A stretch of DNA of 63,673 nucleotides, counting the filler, from Octopus bimaculoides (taxonomy: Eukaryota), in the NCBI RefSeq assembly GCF_001194135.2. It is 7 parts of 6 records of this genome, joined end to end, with 100 filler letters (N's around TTAATTAATTAA, not from the genome) between each part and the next. Parts side by side here need not be neighbours in the genome. Positions count along the whole stretch, not along the records: positions 1 to 3,090 come from NC_068981.1; positions 3,191 to 20,816 come from NC_068990.1; 5 more parts are not named here. One strand, given 5' to 3'. Below, one piece after another: positions 1 to 11,075 of this stretch (the first letter of the stretch is position 1; each line of letters opens with the position of its first letter). Position numbers and translations under genes: made by a program. Under the pieces are notes generated by a model. The model did not search any database, was not told where the DNA came from, and worked only from the letters and a program-made list of their open reading frames with translations.

Positions 1-187
1 GGGTTTGTTTACTTTATCGTTTGTATCCGTGCCCTTTATATAGTTCTTTTTTCCTTTCATTTATTTACTTATTTATCTCAATCGCATATAGTTCTTTATA
101 AGTATGTGCATGTGTGTGTATATATGGGTATATATATATATATGTGTGTATATATTGTTTGTACGTGTGATTTTTTCCCTTCTGTCT

Positions 188-328
188 TTAGTCGCCGTGT
201 TGCGTGGTGTTGAGGCAGTGGGTGTCATTGTTCCATTCGTGTTTGCTGTTGAGGCTCAGTTTGTTTATTACTATGTGTGTCGCCTCCGTAATCTGTCTAA
301 GTGTCGTGTCTGTTCTATGCGTCGATAA
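188..328 (-). mobile_element. Penelope-like element (PLE) remnant, C-terminal end of GIY-YIG endonuclease
   Basis: Manual minus-strand translation 328->188 gives LSTHRTDTTLRQITEATHIVINKLSLNSKHEWNNDTHCLNTTQHGD*. The RQI.EA..I...LN.K.EW pattern matches PLE GIY-YIG C-termini. Not in the ORF track because there is no start codon. Confidence 0.65.
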
Positions 329-331
329 TAT

Positions 332-333
<2 letters not shown>

Positions 334-378
<45 letters not shown>
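334..378. repeat. (TG)n microsatellite
   Basis: Pure TG run seen directly. Confidence 0.95.
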
Positions 379-381
<3 letters not shown>

Positions 382-434
382 GAATGAGAGGAAAAAGAGA
401 GAGAGGAGAAAGATCTGTATTTATGGGCTATGAT

Positions 435-515
435 TACGTTTCGTTCTTGCTGTTTACTATTGCTTCGTTCTTGTAATACTGTCAGAGTTTGTTTCGTTCT
501 TGCGATACTCTCAAT
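435..515 (-). ncRNA. Three tandem degenerate minimal hammerhead-like units
   Basis: TTCGTTCTTG recurs at 440, 464 and 493. Minus-strand units read TTGAGA-GTATCGCAAGAAC-GAAAC, CTGACA-GTATTACAAGAAC-GAAGC and ...GCAAGAAC-GAAAC-GTA. No unit is complete. Confidence 0.3.
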
Positions 516-969
516 GTCCGAGTTAATTCGGCCAGTGGCTATTTATTATATCAAACTATTTGTTAGCACATAAGTTGTTGATCTCAACACAATATTTGTT
601 CACATATAGACAGTGTATCGCATGAAACTGTTTTCTAGGGTACATGTTACTTATTGCATCAAGCTATTTCTTTAATATTTATTACATTAAACTATCTGTT
701 GGGATACATGTTGTTTAATGAATTTATTTGTTAGAACAGGTGTTGTCTATAACATTATTTAGCAGGGCATATACTATTTATTACATACACACGCGTGTGC
801 GCGATGTGAAATTAATCAGTAGGTGAAATATTTTCTCAAGAATTATTCGATAAGCTTTGTCACAAATTTTTCCCTCTAAGAAAACATAAACTTCACACAA
901 TCTATTTTCATTTTTCTTTTCACAAATCTGTACCCTTATATTCAGTTATGATATCAGTTTCACGAGGTC

Positions 970-1161
970 AGAAATTTGGGGGTGGAAGTTAAGTCGATTA
1001 CATTGACCCCAGTGTTCAATTGGTACTTATTCTATCAGCCCTAAAAGGATGAAAGGCAAAGTCGATCTCTGCGGAATTTGAACTCAGAACATAAAGATGG
1101 ACAAAATGCTGTTAAGCACTTTTTTTCCGGTGTGCAACCGATTCTGTCAGCTCGCCGCCTT
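970..1161 (-). mobile_element. tRNA-derived SINE, family A (GGCGGCGAGCTGGCAG head)
   Basis: Reverse complement matches the copy at 2211-2428, with B-box-like GTTCAAATTCC and the GCCTTTCATCCTTT body. Confidence 0.85.
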
Positions 1162-1367
1162 ACCCTATAGGGGAGGAATATTTTAGAAACATTAAACAGG
1201 CTTCTAAGAGTTCATGGTATTTAATTGAATGCACCGATGATCAGAGCTCAGTTTCCGCTAGGATCACCTTTGTATGTCTCCCTTACATCTGGTATCAATA
1301 AACTTACTTTTAACCCTTGCAGTCAAGCAAGAGTAACCATTATTACCGACTCACTGGTTCTTTTAGC

Positions 1368-1370
<3 letters not shown>

Positions 1371-1409
<39 letters not shown>
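1371..1409. repeat. (TG)n microsatellite
   Basis: Pure TG run; explains the CVCV and THTH ORFs. Confidence 0.95.
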
Positions 1410-1410
<1 letters not shown>

Positions 1411-2210
1411 GTGTCAACCAGAAATCGAAATAAAATCGCGCCTCGTCTTGCTGATAGTTTACTTCTTTTATTAGGGCGTTTGAGTTTCTGTGTCATCTTA
1501 TGCGGTCGAGTCAAACATCCACCAGAGAAGGGCTATTTGTGAGTCATGAGTTGAAGTGGGTTGAACGTTAATACAATGAATGCATAAAGTCAATCTTCAA
1601 ATTCCACACTTGGTACCGAAGAAGTATCGTATTGTTTTAACCAGAAACTGAAGTTTCAATTGTGAAGTAATGACACTCGTTGAGCAAACGATGCTTGCCT
1701 ATTTACAACGTAGATCGAGCCAGCATGAGTTACATGCATTCGTAATGAGCAATGGTATAGACAGTCAAAGCTGGCCAAACTGATAGAGTGCGGAGAAACC
1801 AGCTCTTTGTATCCTACCATTCAGTGCAGTATTTTGTCACCGGAAGAGTTGAATGTATAAATGACTGACAAGGGAGATAAGCTCCCTTTGTGGACGTAGT
1901 CAGATCACCGGTGACTTCGAATTTTAGTGCAGAGTATCTTAATTCTCATCGGTGGCTCTCACCACGCCTAAGGTTAAATGACAATCGTCTTATTCTTTTA
2001 TATTAATTTTATTATTATTGTCCTCCATAACTTTTAACGTTCTATTCAAATATTGACTGTGTGCTCGTGAAACATTACCTCGAAACTTTAGTAATTAACA
2101 GAGATTTTTCTTTCACCCGAGGATGTAGCTTAATTTCTGTATTGTTTTAAACGATTTTTTCTATTAATGCAAACATTTAAGTTATTTATTTATTACTAAA
2201 TATAATAATA

Positions 2211-2428
2211 AGGCAGCAAGCTGGCAGAATCGTTAGCACGCCGGGCGAAATGCTTAGCGGTATTTTGTCTGCCGCTACGTTCTGAGTTCAAATTCCGCCG
2301 AGGTCGACTTTGCTTTCATCATTTCGAGGGTGATTAAGTAAGTACCAGTTACGCACTGAGGTCGATGTAATCGACTTAATCCCTTCCCCCAAATTTAAGG
2401 CCTTTTGCTTTCAGTAGAAAGAATTATT
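2211..2428 (+). mobile_element. tRNA-derived SINE, family A, near full length
   Basis: A-box-like TGGCAGAATCGTTAG, B-box-like GAGTTCAAATTCC, body GTCGACTTTGC...GGTCGATGTAATCGAC and ATT tail. More than ten related copies occur in the window. Confidence 0.9.
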
Positions 2429-2813
2429 AAATATAATAAAATGAATTATCTTTACATGCTTTAAGTTATGAAACATTTTGTCATTATATTTGAATTTTCT
2501 TACAGTTAAATAAATTTCATCACATTTCTCTCGTCATTCTATTTATCTATATCGATATATGAGGTAAAATTCAGGGATCCAAGTGTAGGAAGTTTGTAAG
2601 CTTCAAGCAGTCTGTGGCAGGGATAGAAAACAAAAAGTGGACACTGTACGACCAGGAACAATAACAATTTATTGGCGTCGAAGGTTACACACTATTTCCC
2701 GTATCGAAGTTACAAGGAAGTTCGATAAGTTAACAGATATTGTATAGATTACGGTTAGCAACTAGTGTTGCTATGAATGCGAATAAAAATCCAAATTGAC
2801 GGAGTGTAACTGA

Positions 2814-3058
2814 TAAAATTCAGGGTACATATGTTTCCTAGCAAGCTGATTCTCTGCTGTAATAATTGCTCAACGAGGAGTGCCTCAACTTAGTTACTCA
2901 CACCTTAATTACACGAAGGTTACATTGTTGTTTGAAATTCCTAAGTTATATCTACGGTGAGTCAACTTCGGAATTCCAGTCTGAGTTGAACACTCCTCGT
3001 TGAGTAATTTAACATCAGAGGATCAACTAGCTAAGAAACATATGTAGCTTGGATTTTA
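2814..3058. repeat. Imperfect inverted repeat (fold-back) with GAAACATATGTA in both arms
   Basis: 2826-2845 vs 3027-3046 is 18/20 reverse-complementary; 2869-2882 vs 2991-3004 is a perfect 14-bp inverted repeat. Confidence 0.8.
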
Positions 3059-3090
3059 CCCGTTCCACTCCCTCAATTTGAATACACACA

Positions 3091-3190
3091 NNNNNNNNNN
3101 NNNNNNNNNNNNNNNNNNNNNNNNNNNNNNNNNNTTAATTAATTAANNNNNNNNNNNNNNNNNNNNNNNNNNNNNNNNNNNNNNNNNNNN
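3091..3190. other. Assembly join placeholder 44N-TTAATTAATTAA-44N (also 20817-20916, 38730-38829, 44074-44173, 53844-53943, 55713-55812)
   Basis: Six identical 100-bp blocks with exactly 44 N on each side of the same 12-mer. Confidence 0.95.
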
Positions 3191-3977
3191 AAAACCTTGC
3201 TTCTCTATATATTTTACGTATATATATATATATATATACATACATACGTAAAATATATAGAGTAGCAAGGTTTTTAGAAATTTCACTACCAGTGGCCTAG
3301 CATGTATAAAAAAGTCAATAGACAACATATTCTCAATATAAAATAGTGTACAATTAAACACAAGAGAAGCTACCTTTAACAGGCAGCTTTATACACTAGG
3401 AGAAGCAGTCAAAACGACTAAAACCACATTTAAGAGCAATTTCGAAGGGAATGAAAAATAAAAACTTTTACCTTGTTATTTTTTTACGGTCATACCTAGA
3501 TTTCGAATTTAATTTAGCAAATAAAATAATTTGGTAGGCGAAATTCTCAGAGAGAGAGGGGGGAGAGGGAGGGAGATGGAGGGGAGGGAGAGAGAGAAGG
3601 TGGAAAGAGAGAGTATGGGTGTGTCTCTGATAAAGCTGCATGGAAATGCTTTACAGATATCACTCAATGTCTACGCGAAAAAATAAAAAGAAAACTACAG
3701 CCCAAGTCAGCCATTACTCGCCATCGAGTAAGGCTTTGTATCTGCACCATGCAGATGTTTCTGGTATGTATATAGTTGTGATCTAGCATAGGCACCTTCT
3801 CAGCCTTCTCACTTTTGACTCAGCGACACATCCGTGGTGTGATGGCTGGGGGTGGGGAGGGAGAAAGTGTTACGTCAACATCTGCTTGTAACTCTTTAGC
3901 AGTGGAGTAGACTGAAATCGAAGATCCGCTTGCCAATTATACACCGAAAAACCTCATTAAGCGGTAGAACACTGTTG

Positions 3978-4016
3978 TACCTACCTACCTACCTACCTAC
4001 CTACCTACCTACCTAC
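3978..4016. repeat. (TACC)n microsatellite
   Basis: Seen directly. Confidence 0.95.
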
Positions 4017-4129
4017 GTTTGTTTGTTTTTTGTTATTTGTTTCAAATTCTGAACATGAACCGAAACGCATTAAACGTATAATATCCAATTGAAAGTGGGT
4101 GATATACAACTGCAAAGGACTAAATAGTT

Positions 4130-5721
4130 AGCATATTTTTCTGCATACTTCCGAAGATATGAAGAAATCTTCAAAGAGGAATGCAAAAATTGGACGGACA
4201 ATGAAAAGGTACGACTACTTATAAGAAAATTATCCCCTGCCGAACACGAAAAATACTGTAACTATATTCTGCCCCCAAAGCCATGTGAAATTTGTTTCGA
4301 TGAAACAGTTAAATTGTTATCGAAAATTTTCAGTGAGAGAAGTTCCTCGTTCAATATTCGCTGGGAGTGTTTAAATTTAGTAAAAAAAAGATGAAGATTT
4401 CGTCACCTATGTTGGAGTCGCCAATCTAGACTATGAAAAATTCAAACTAAAAGAATTAACCCTAGACATGTTCAAATGTATGATTTTTGTTCAAAGATGA
4501 AGAGATACGTGCCCGGATATTGACAAAATTGGAACAAGACCAGAATTTGACTTTGCAGGCAGTGGAAGGGGAATATCAGAGAATTATTAATCTACATGAT
4601 GCAAATAAAATTGAAGAAAAAGATTACTCTCATATGCATGCGTATCGACCTCTAACGGATAAGAAAAAAGAAAAACGAAGATCTAGACCCAATCCATGCT
4701 ATAAGTTTGGAGGTCTACATTTTAGAAAGTTTGCATAAAAATCAATAATGTGAACGTGAAGTTACAGCTAGACACAGGCAGTGATATCACAATTAACACT
4801 GACACATGGAGAAAAATAGGAAAGCCTACATTAATGGAAACTTCAAAAATTGCGAAAGGTGTCTCAAGCAAAAAATTATATTTTGGGAGCGAAATGATAA
4901 CTGAGGTTACATTTCAGGGTAAAACCTTGAAAGCAAAGTTTTTGTGTTAAATAATGCAACAAACTTGTTCAGTACTGACTGGATGGAATTGTTTAATTTA
5001 TGGGACCTCCCCATAAATCTGATCTGTAATAATATAAATGGGTCTTCCTCCAGTGAAAACAAGTCGTCAGACGAATTGAAAGTAAAAGTAAAACATATTT
5101 TTCCTGAAGTTCTATCCGACAAATTAAGTCTGTGTCCAAGACAAAGGCGCGTTTTCAAATAAAAGAAAGTGCCATGCCAGTATTTAAACCAAAACGAATG
5201 GTACCCTGTGCAGCGATGAAGCAAGTCTAGAACTAGAGAGAGAAAAAATTAGAGTTATCCAAAAAGTGGAATATTGTAAATGGGCAGCTCCAACTGCATA
5301 TATTAAAAAAATAATAATAAAATCAGAGTGTGCGCTGATTTTCCAACTGGTTTCAACGAATGTCTAAAAACGTGCAATTATCGTATGCCTACACGGGAGG
5401 ATATTTTTGTGAAGTTAAACGGTGGAAAGTTATTCTCTAAATTAGATCTCTCTGACGCGTACCTGCAAATTAGAGTAGACGATGAAGGCTCGAAGTACTT
5501 AACAGTTTTTACACATCAAGGACTGTATAAGTACAACAGGTTACCATTTGGTTTAAAGTGGCACCAGTGATTTTTCAACAGATTATGGATGCAATGTCAG
5601 CGGACTGTGAATTCGCAATTTCATATCTGGGCGATATACTCATTAAAGCGAATCCAGGGATCAACACGTCGAGCACGTAAAGTATGTATTTGAAAAAATT
5701 AAGGATTACGACTTTACCTTG
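4130..5721 (+). mobile_element. Gypsy/Ty3 LTR retrotransposon, outer (older) copy, 5' part: gag, protease, first half of RT
   Basis: gag SAYFRRYEEIFKEECKNW, decayed knuckle NPCYKFGGLH, protease VKLQLDTGSDI, RT DLSDAYLQI...YNRLPFG with catalytic motif decayed to YLGD. Multiple frameshifts; no LTR found. Confidence 0.9.
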
Positions 5722-6045
5722 TGTTATGGAGAGAATCATGGCACCTCCAGTGAGAATGGAGTAGCCGAACTCGTACAAGTAGCAGCGTGTTCGACTGAGA
5801 GCGACAGATGAGAAATCGCAGGAAGTCGAAAGGTGTCGTTCATGAGTTTGTGGACTCGCAGGAAATTGTTGAGAAGTTGTTATAGTTCTTTGAGAGTTGT
5901 TTTGGATTGGTTATAGTTGTTGGCAGAGTTTTGGGGAATACATCAAGTGGAGACAGTTGGTGTCTACCCCGTTCCGTGGTATTATATATCACACTGTATT
6001 AGTATATGACACTAAGGTGACATATACAGAAATCAGGTTATAAAA
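5722..6045 (+). repeat. 5' LTR of inner Gypsy
   Basis: Starts TGTTAT, ends ATAAAA (decayed ATAACA). About 24 differences in 324 bp from 10220-10543 by manual count. Confidence 0.92.
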
Positions 6046-6046
6046 G

Positions 6047-6056
6047 TGGCGACGGG
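6047..6056 (+). promoter_or_regulatory. Primer-binding site (TGGCGACGGG)
   Basis: TGG-starting motif immediately 3' of the 5' LTR, the canonical position for tRNA CCA-end pairing. Confidence 0.75.
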
Positions 6057-6115
6057 TGATTCGAAGCTTACGTTGGCCATTAACACATTTTAATGATACA
6101 AAAAATTCGTTAATT

Positions 6116-7095
6116 ATGGAAGACTTATTAGCTGGCATATTATAGTTGCAAAAGCAACAGGAGTTGCACCAAGAACTACAACGGCAACAACTACAACACA
6201 GTCAGTTGCTAGAACTGATGTTGAAGTCGGGAAACACTGCAAGTTCGTTTTCGCCAGACGGCGTAGCGAATCCTATAACTGACTTTAGTTATAACCCAGA
6301 AGAAGGTTTAACTTATTCAGCATACTTCAGAAGATACAAAAAAATATTCAAGGAAGAATGCAAGTGTTGGATAAACGATGAAAAAGTGAGACTATTGTTA
6401 CGGAAACTAGGTCCTTCAGAACATGAAAAATACTGCAATTTTATCTTGCCTAAAAAAAAACAAGTAAAATTTGTTTCGAGGAAACAATTGAATTACCATC
6501 CCAAATGTTCAGCGATAAGAGTTTCCTGTTTAACACTCGCTGGAAGTGTTTGAATTTAGTAAAAAAAAAAAAAAGAGGATGAAGATTTTGTCAGTTATGC
6601 CGGAATCGTAAATAAGATGTGTGAAAAATTTAAACTGAAGGAATTATCTCCAGAAGTGTTTAAATGCCTCATCTTTGTGCAAGGTTTCACAGCAAATAAA
6701 TATGCAGAAATACGTGCACGGATTCTTACAAAACTAGAACAGGAGGACCAGAATTTAACCCTGCAGGCAGTAGCAGAGGGATGTCAAGGAATTATCAACT
6801 TGCAACAAGACGTAAAGAAGCTTGAAGAAAAAAATTTCTTTCAAGTACAGACATGACGACCGGGAATAAATAAAGAAAAAAGAATGTTACGACCAAATCC
6901 ATGCTATGGATGTGAAGGTCTGCATTTTAAGAAAGATTGTCCATTTAAAACTCGGAAATGTTTTAGCCGTCACAAAAATAGGACATAAAAGTTCGTACTG
7001 CACAGCGAAGCAAAAAAGGTTAGAAAAAATTTCTTTTAAAACGGTTTGCTCAACGGAAAGTCGTCACGACATCCGAAAAAGAAATATGTGTAATT
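6116..7095 (+). pseudogene. gag: gag pseudogene of inner Gypsy
   Basis: ATG at 6116 with an in-frame TAG at codon 10, then the ORF pieces 6146-6553 and 6617-6856; decayed zinc knuckles PCYGCEGLHFKKDC. Confidence 0.85.
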
Positions 7096-7099
7096 AAAA

Positions 7100-10000
7100 A
7101 AATAAAAAAAACGACGCGAACGTGAAACTACAACTAGACACAGGTAGCGACATTAAAATTATTGATACCGACACGTAGAAGAAAATTGGGAAACCTATAT
7201 TAAAGAATACATGGAAAAGTGCTCGAGGCGTCACAGGTGAAAGATTACACTTCTTAGGCGAAATGGCAAGCGACGTTAGATTTCGTAGTAAAACCTGTAA
7301 AGTAAAAGTGTTTGTATTAAAAAATGCAACAAACTTGTTCGATAGTGACTGAATGGTGTTGTTTGATTTATGGAACCTTCCCATAAAAATGTTCTGTAAA
7401 AACATAAATGATTGTTTCTTCAGTTAGAATAAGGTGTCAGATGAATTGAAGAAAAACATTTAAAATGCTTTTCCTGAAATGTTGTCGGATAAATTAGGTC
7501 TGTGTACTAAGACTGGGGCGTGTTTCCATATTAAGGAAAATGTAATACCAGTGTTCAAACTAAAAATAACGGTACCTTTTGCTGCGATAAAACATGTCGA
7601 TGAAGAATTAGACAGATTAGAGAAAATTGGAGTCATCCAAAAAGTGGAATATGCAAAATGGGCATCTACAATGGTGTATATATATAAAAGAAAGAATAAC
7701 AAAGTGAGGGTGTGTGCCGATTCTTCCACTGGCTTGAATGAATGTCTGAAAACATGTCACTATCCGCTATCTACTCCAGAGGATATTTTTGCGAAGTCAA
7801 ACGGGGGCAAGATATTTTCGAAACTGCATCTCTCTGGTGCGTACCTACAAATTAGAGTAGACAAGGACTACTCAAAATATCTAACAGTGAATGTGCATAA
7901 AGGACTATATAAATACAACAGATTACCATTTGATTTAAAGGTTGCACCTGCAATTTTTCAACAGGTTATGGATGCAATGTTAGCGGACTGTGAATTCGCA
8001 ATTCCACACTTTGATTATATATATATCAATTAAAATTTAATCTCGTGATCAGCATATCGAGCATGTAAAATGTGTTTTTGAAAAAATAAGAGATTACGGT
8101 TTCACACAGAGTGAGGATAAATGTGAATTTTTCTTAACCTAAAATTAAGTATTTAGGACAAATTATCGACAGGAATAGAGGACAAACGAACTCGTCGAGG
8201 GCAGACACAATTAAAAATATGCCTCTTCCGACTAATATCACGACCTTACAAGCTTTTCTAGGTCTAGCGAATTATTATCAAAATTATACACCAAATATGC
8301 ATGAATTGAGAGCTCCACTAAATAATTTACTAAAAAAGGATGTGAAGTGGAATTAGTCAAATAATAGTCAAAGGCGTTTCGATCCTGCAGCGGAGATTGT
8401 TGTAGCTTCTGACACTTCTGAATACGGCATAGGAGCAGTAATGCTACATAAGTATAAAAACGGAGGTGGTGGTTCATGATTCACGTTCTCTGATAGCGGC
8501 AGAGAAAAATTATAGTCATATAGAGAAAGAAGCTCTAGCGATCGGTTTTGCCGTGAAAAAATTTCACTGATTTTTGTATGGTAGAAGTTTTTGGCTACAA
8601 ACTGATCACCGACCGTCATTATAAAAAAAAATCGAAGAAAGGAATTCCTACTCATACTGCAAATAGATTACAACGCTGGGGTATGATATTGTTGAATTAC
8701 AACTTTAAAATGGAGTATATACCATCCAAGAGCTTTGGGCATGCAGATTGTTTATCAAGGATAATTCCCAAAACCACAGAACTATTCAAAGATACCATGA
8801 TTGCCGCGTTGCGAGCGGAAAATGAAATAAAAAAAACATTTTGTGTAACGTCATTCGGGAGTAACTGTTCAAGATATAAAATTAAATTCGGAGAATGACA
8901 AATTCATTGCAAAAATGAAAGAAACGTTAAAGATAAAAGAAACGAAAAATATACGTAATACAAATGCGAACCATTTTTCTCTGTGTGATAATGTGTTGGT
9001 ATATGCACAAAGAGTTGTAAGCCAGCCGCACTACAAATGCGTGTAGTAAATGAATTTCATATGGGACACCCAGGGATTTCAAGAATGAAATCAGTAATGA
9101 GGAATTACGTGTATTGGCCTACTATGGACCGTGATATGGAACAATTGGTGAAATCCTGCAGAGGTTGTGCACTCGCAGCAAAGTCACCACTAGTGAAATT
9201 CCAATCGCGGCTTAAGACAGACACTCCGCGGTATAGATTTTGCTGAACCAGTAAACAACATGTATTATCTGATCATAGTACGCAGCTATACCAAGTAGCC
9301 GTAGATATGTAAATGCAGTTAACAACCTCGAAGGTAACAATAAGGTTCCTTCACGAACTCTTTGCGCGATACGGTGTCCCAAACTCTGTAGTATCGGATA
9401 ACGGAATGCAGTTTTCAGAGTACGAATTTAAACATTTCTGTGAGAGGTATGCAATCAATCACATCTCTACTCCACCGTATCACCCGAGGTCAAATGGACT
9501 TCAACTCCGGGTGTCGCTGCATCACCACCGCGACGAGCATCCTCCTCTCCTGTTGCTGCTCGGCGGCGGCGGTGCCCGCTCTTCCGCTTAAAAAAGGGTT
9601 CGTAGATACATTTAAGCGAGCACTAAAAAAAATAGGAAATGAATTAGGCAATGATGTAGCACTAACTCAATTCTTAATGGTTTACTGGATAGCACCTAAC
9701 CCGAACACTTGTTCAGGCAAGTCGCCCGCAGAGCTAATGTTTGCCCAGAAGATAAAATCAATTTTTGATAAATCGTTACCTACAAAAAAAACTTATAGAG
9801 AAAACCCAAGAAACATACAAAGTATTTTAATATGGGAGATAAAGTTCAATTCAAAATATATAAGAATGGTTGGGAGGACGGTATAGTGACGAAAAGAATA
9901 GGCAGTATGATGTACATAATAAAAGGCCAAATAGGAGAGCACAAACACCATTTGAACCGGTTGAAGGCTAGACATACCGAAGAAAGAGAAGAAATACCGA

Positions 10001-10125
10001 TGGAAGTTTGTTATGACTTGTTCGATGTTCCGACGCCAAAAGAGGTTGAACCTAGGAGGATCAACAATAGAAAACATAAACAAACAGAACGACTAGAAAT
10101 AGTCCCTAAGCAAAAGAAGAATTAA
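7100..10125 (+). pseudogene. pol: pol pseudogene of inner Gypsy (PR, RT, RNase H, integrase)
   Basis: LQLDTGSDI protease; RT 7479-8033 with YLDD decayed to HFDY; RNase H DTSEYGIGAV...EKEALAI...TDH; integrase HMGHPG...CRGC, SDNGMQF and YHPRSNG. Many frameshifts and stops. Confidence 0.9.
9501..9587. other. GC-rich foreign insert in the integrase core
   Basis: 60/87 bases are G+C (69%), inserted between HPRSNGL and FVDTFKRALKK in an otherwise AT-rich element. Confidence 0.85.
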
Positions 10126-10208
10126 AACTTCTGGATAGAGATGATGATTAAAAAAGAATAGAATAAAATTAAATAAACGAGTTGCACTTCCTACAGAAGT
10201 CAAATCTC

Positions 10209-10219
10209 AAAAGCAGGGA
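10209..10219 (+). promoter_or_regulatory. Polypurine tract (AAAAGCAGGGA)
   Basis: Purine-rich run directly 5' of the 3' LTR. Confidence 0.7.
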
Positions 10220-10543
10220 TGTTATGGCGAGAATCATAACACCTCCAGTGAGAATGGACTAGTTGAATTCATATAAGTAGCAGCATGTTCGACTGAGAGA
10301 GACAGATGAGAAATCGCAGGAAGTCGAAAGGTGTCGTTCGTGAGTTTGTGGAGTCGCAGGAAATTGTTGAGAAGTTGTTATAGTTCGTTGAGAGTTGTTT
10401 TGGATTGGTTATAGTTGTTGGCAGAGTTTTGGGGAATACATCAAGTGGAGACAGTTGGTGTCTACCCCGTTCCGTGGTATTATATATCATACTGTATTAG
10501 TGCACAACACTAATTTAACATATGCAGAAATCACGTTATAAAA
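10220..10543 (+). repeat. 3' LTR of inner Gypsy
   Basis: Direct repeat of 5722-6045, same length. Confidence 0.92.
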
Positions 10544-11075
10544 CCTTCAATGAAAAAAAGGGCGAATTTTTCTTAGGGAAATAAGATATTTAGGACAAAT
10601 CATTGACAAAAATGGACGACGACGCAATACAAAATATGCCTCCTCCGACTAATACAAGCATTTCTAGGACTGGCAAATTATTGTCAAAATTATATCCCAA
10701 ATATGCATAACGTTAGGGCTCCACTGAATAATTTGCTGAAAAAAGATGTGAAATGGAATTGGTCACAAAATTATCTAAAAGCGTTTGACAAAATTATAAA
10801 AATATTAATATCTGTTTTGTAATATCTCGCTTCGGTCCTACAACGGAGATTGTTGTAGTTTCAGACGCATCTGAGTATGGAATAGGAGCAATAATGCCAC
10901 ATGAATATAAAGATGGTAACATGAAGGTGGTGGTTCATGCCTCATGTTCTCTGATATCAGCAGAGAAAAATTATAGTCAAATTGAAAAAGAGGTTCTAGC
11001 GACAATTTTGCCGTGAAAAAATTTTACAGATTTTTGCACAGTAGAAGTTTTCGGCTACAGACTGTACACCGACCG
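10544..11075 (+). mobile_element. Outer Gypsy, 3' part (end of RT and RNase H)
   Basis: Joining to 5721 restores DYDFTFNEKKGEFF, homologous to inner-copy DYGFTQSEDKCEFF. Continues through SDASEYGIGA...EKEVLA and is truncated at 11075. Confidence 0.9.

Larger units (their letters stand above)
5722..10543 (+). mobile_element. Full-length but decayed Gypsy/Ty3 LTR retrotransposon (inner copy)
   Basis: Two 324-bp LTRs, PBS, PPT, domain order gag-PR-RT-RH-IN, and flanking CCTTG (5717-5721) / CCTTC (10544-10548) target-site duplication. Confidence 0.95.

Noticed and set aside
2565-2924. Solo LTR or tandem duplication from 11-12-bp direct repeats
   Set aside because: The repeat spacings differ (249 vs 235 bp), and no TG..CA ends or TSD were found.
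3135-3146. TTAATTAATTAA as a recurrent biological motif
   Set aside because: Always centred in exactly 44+44 N, so it is an assembly artefact.
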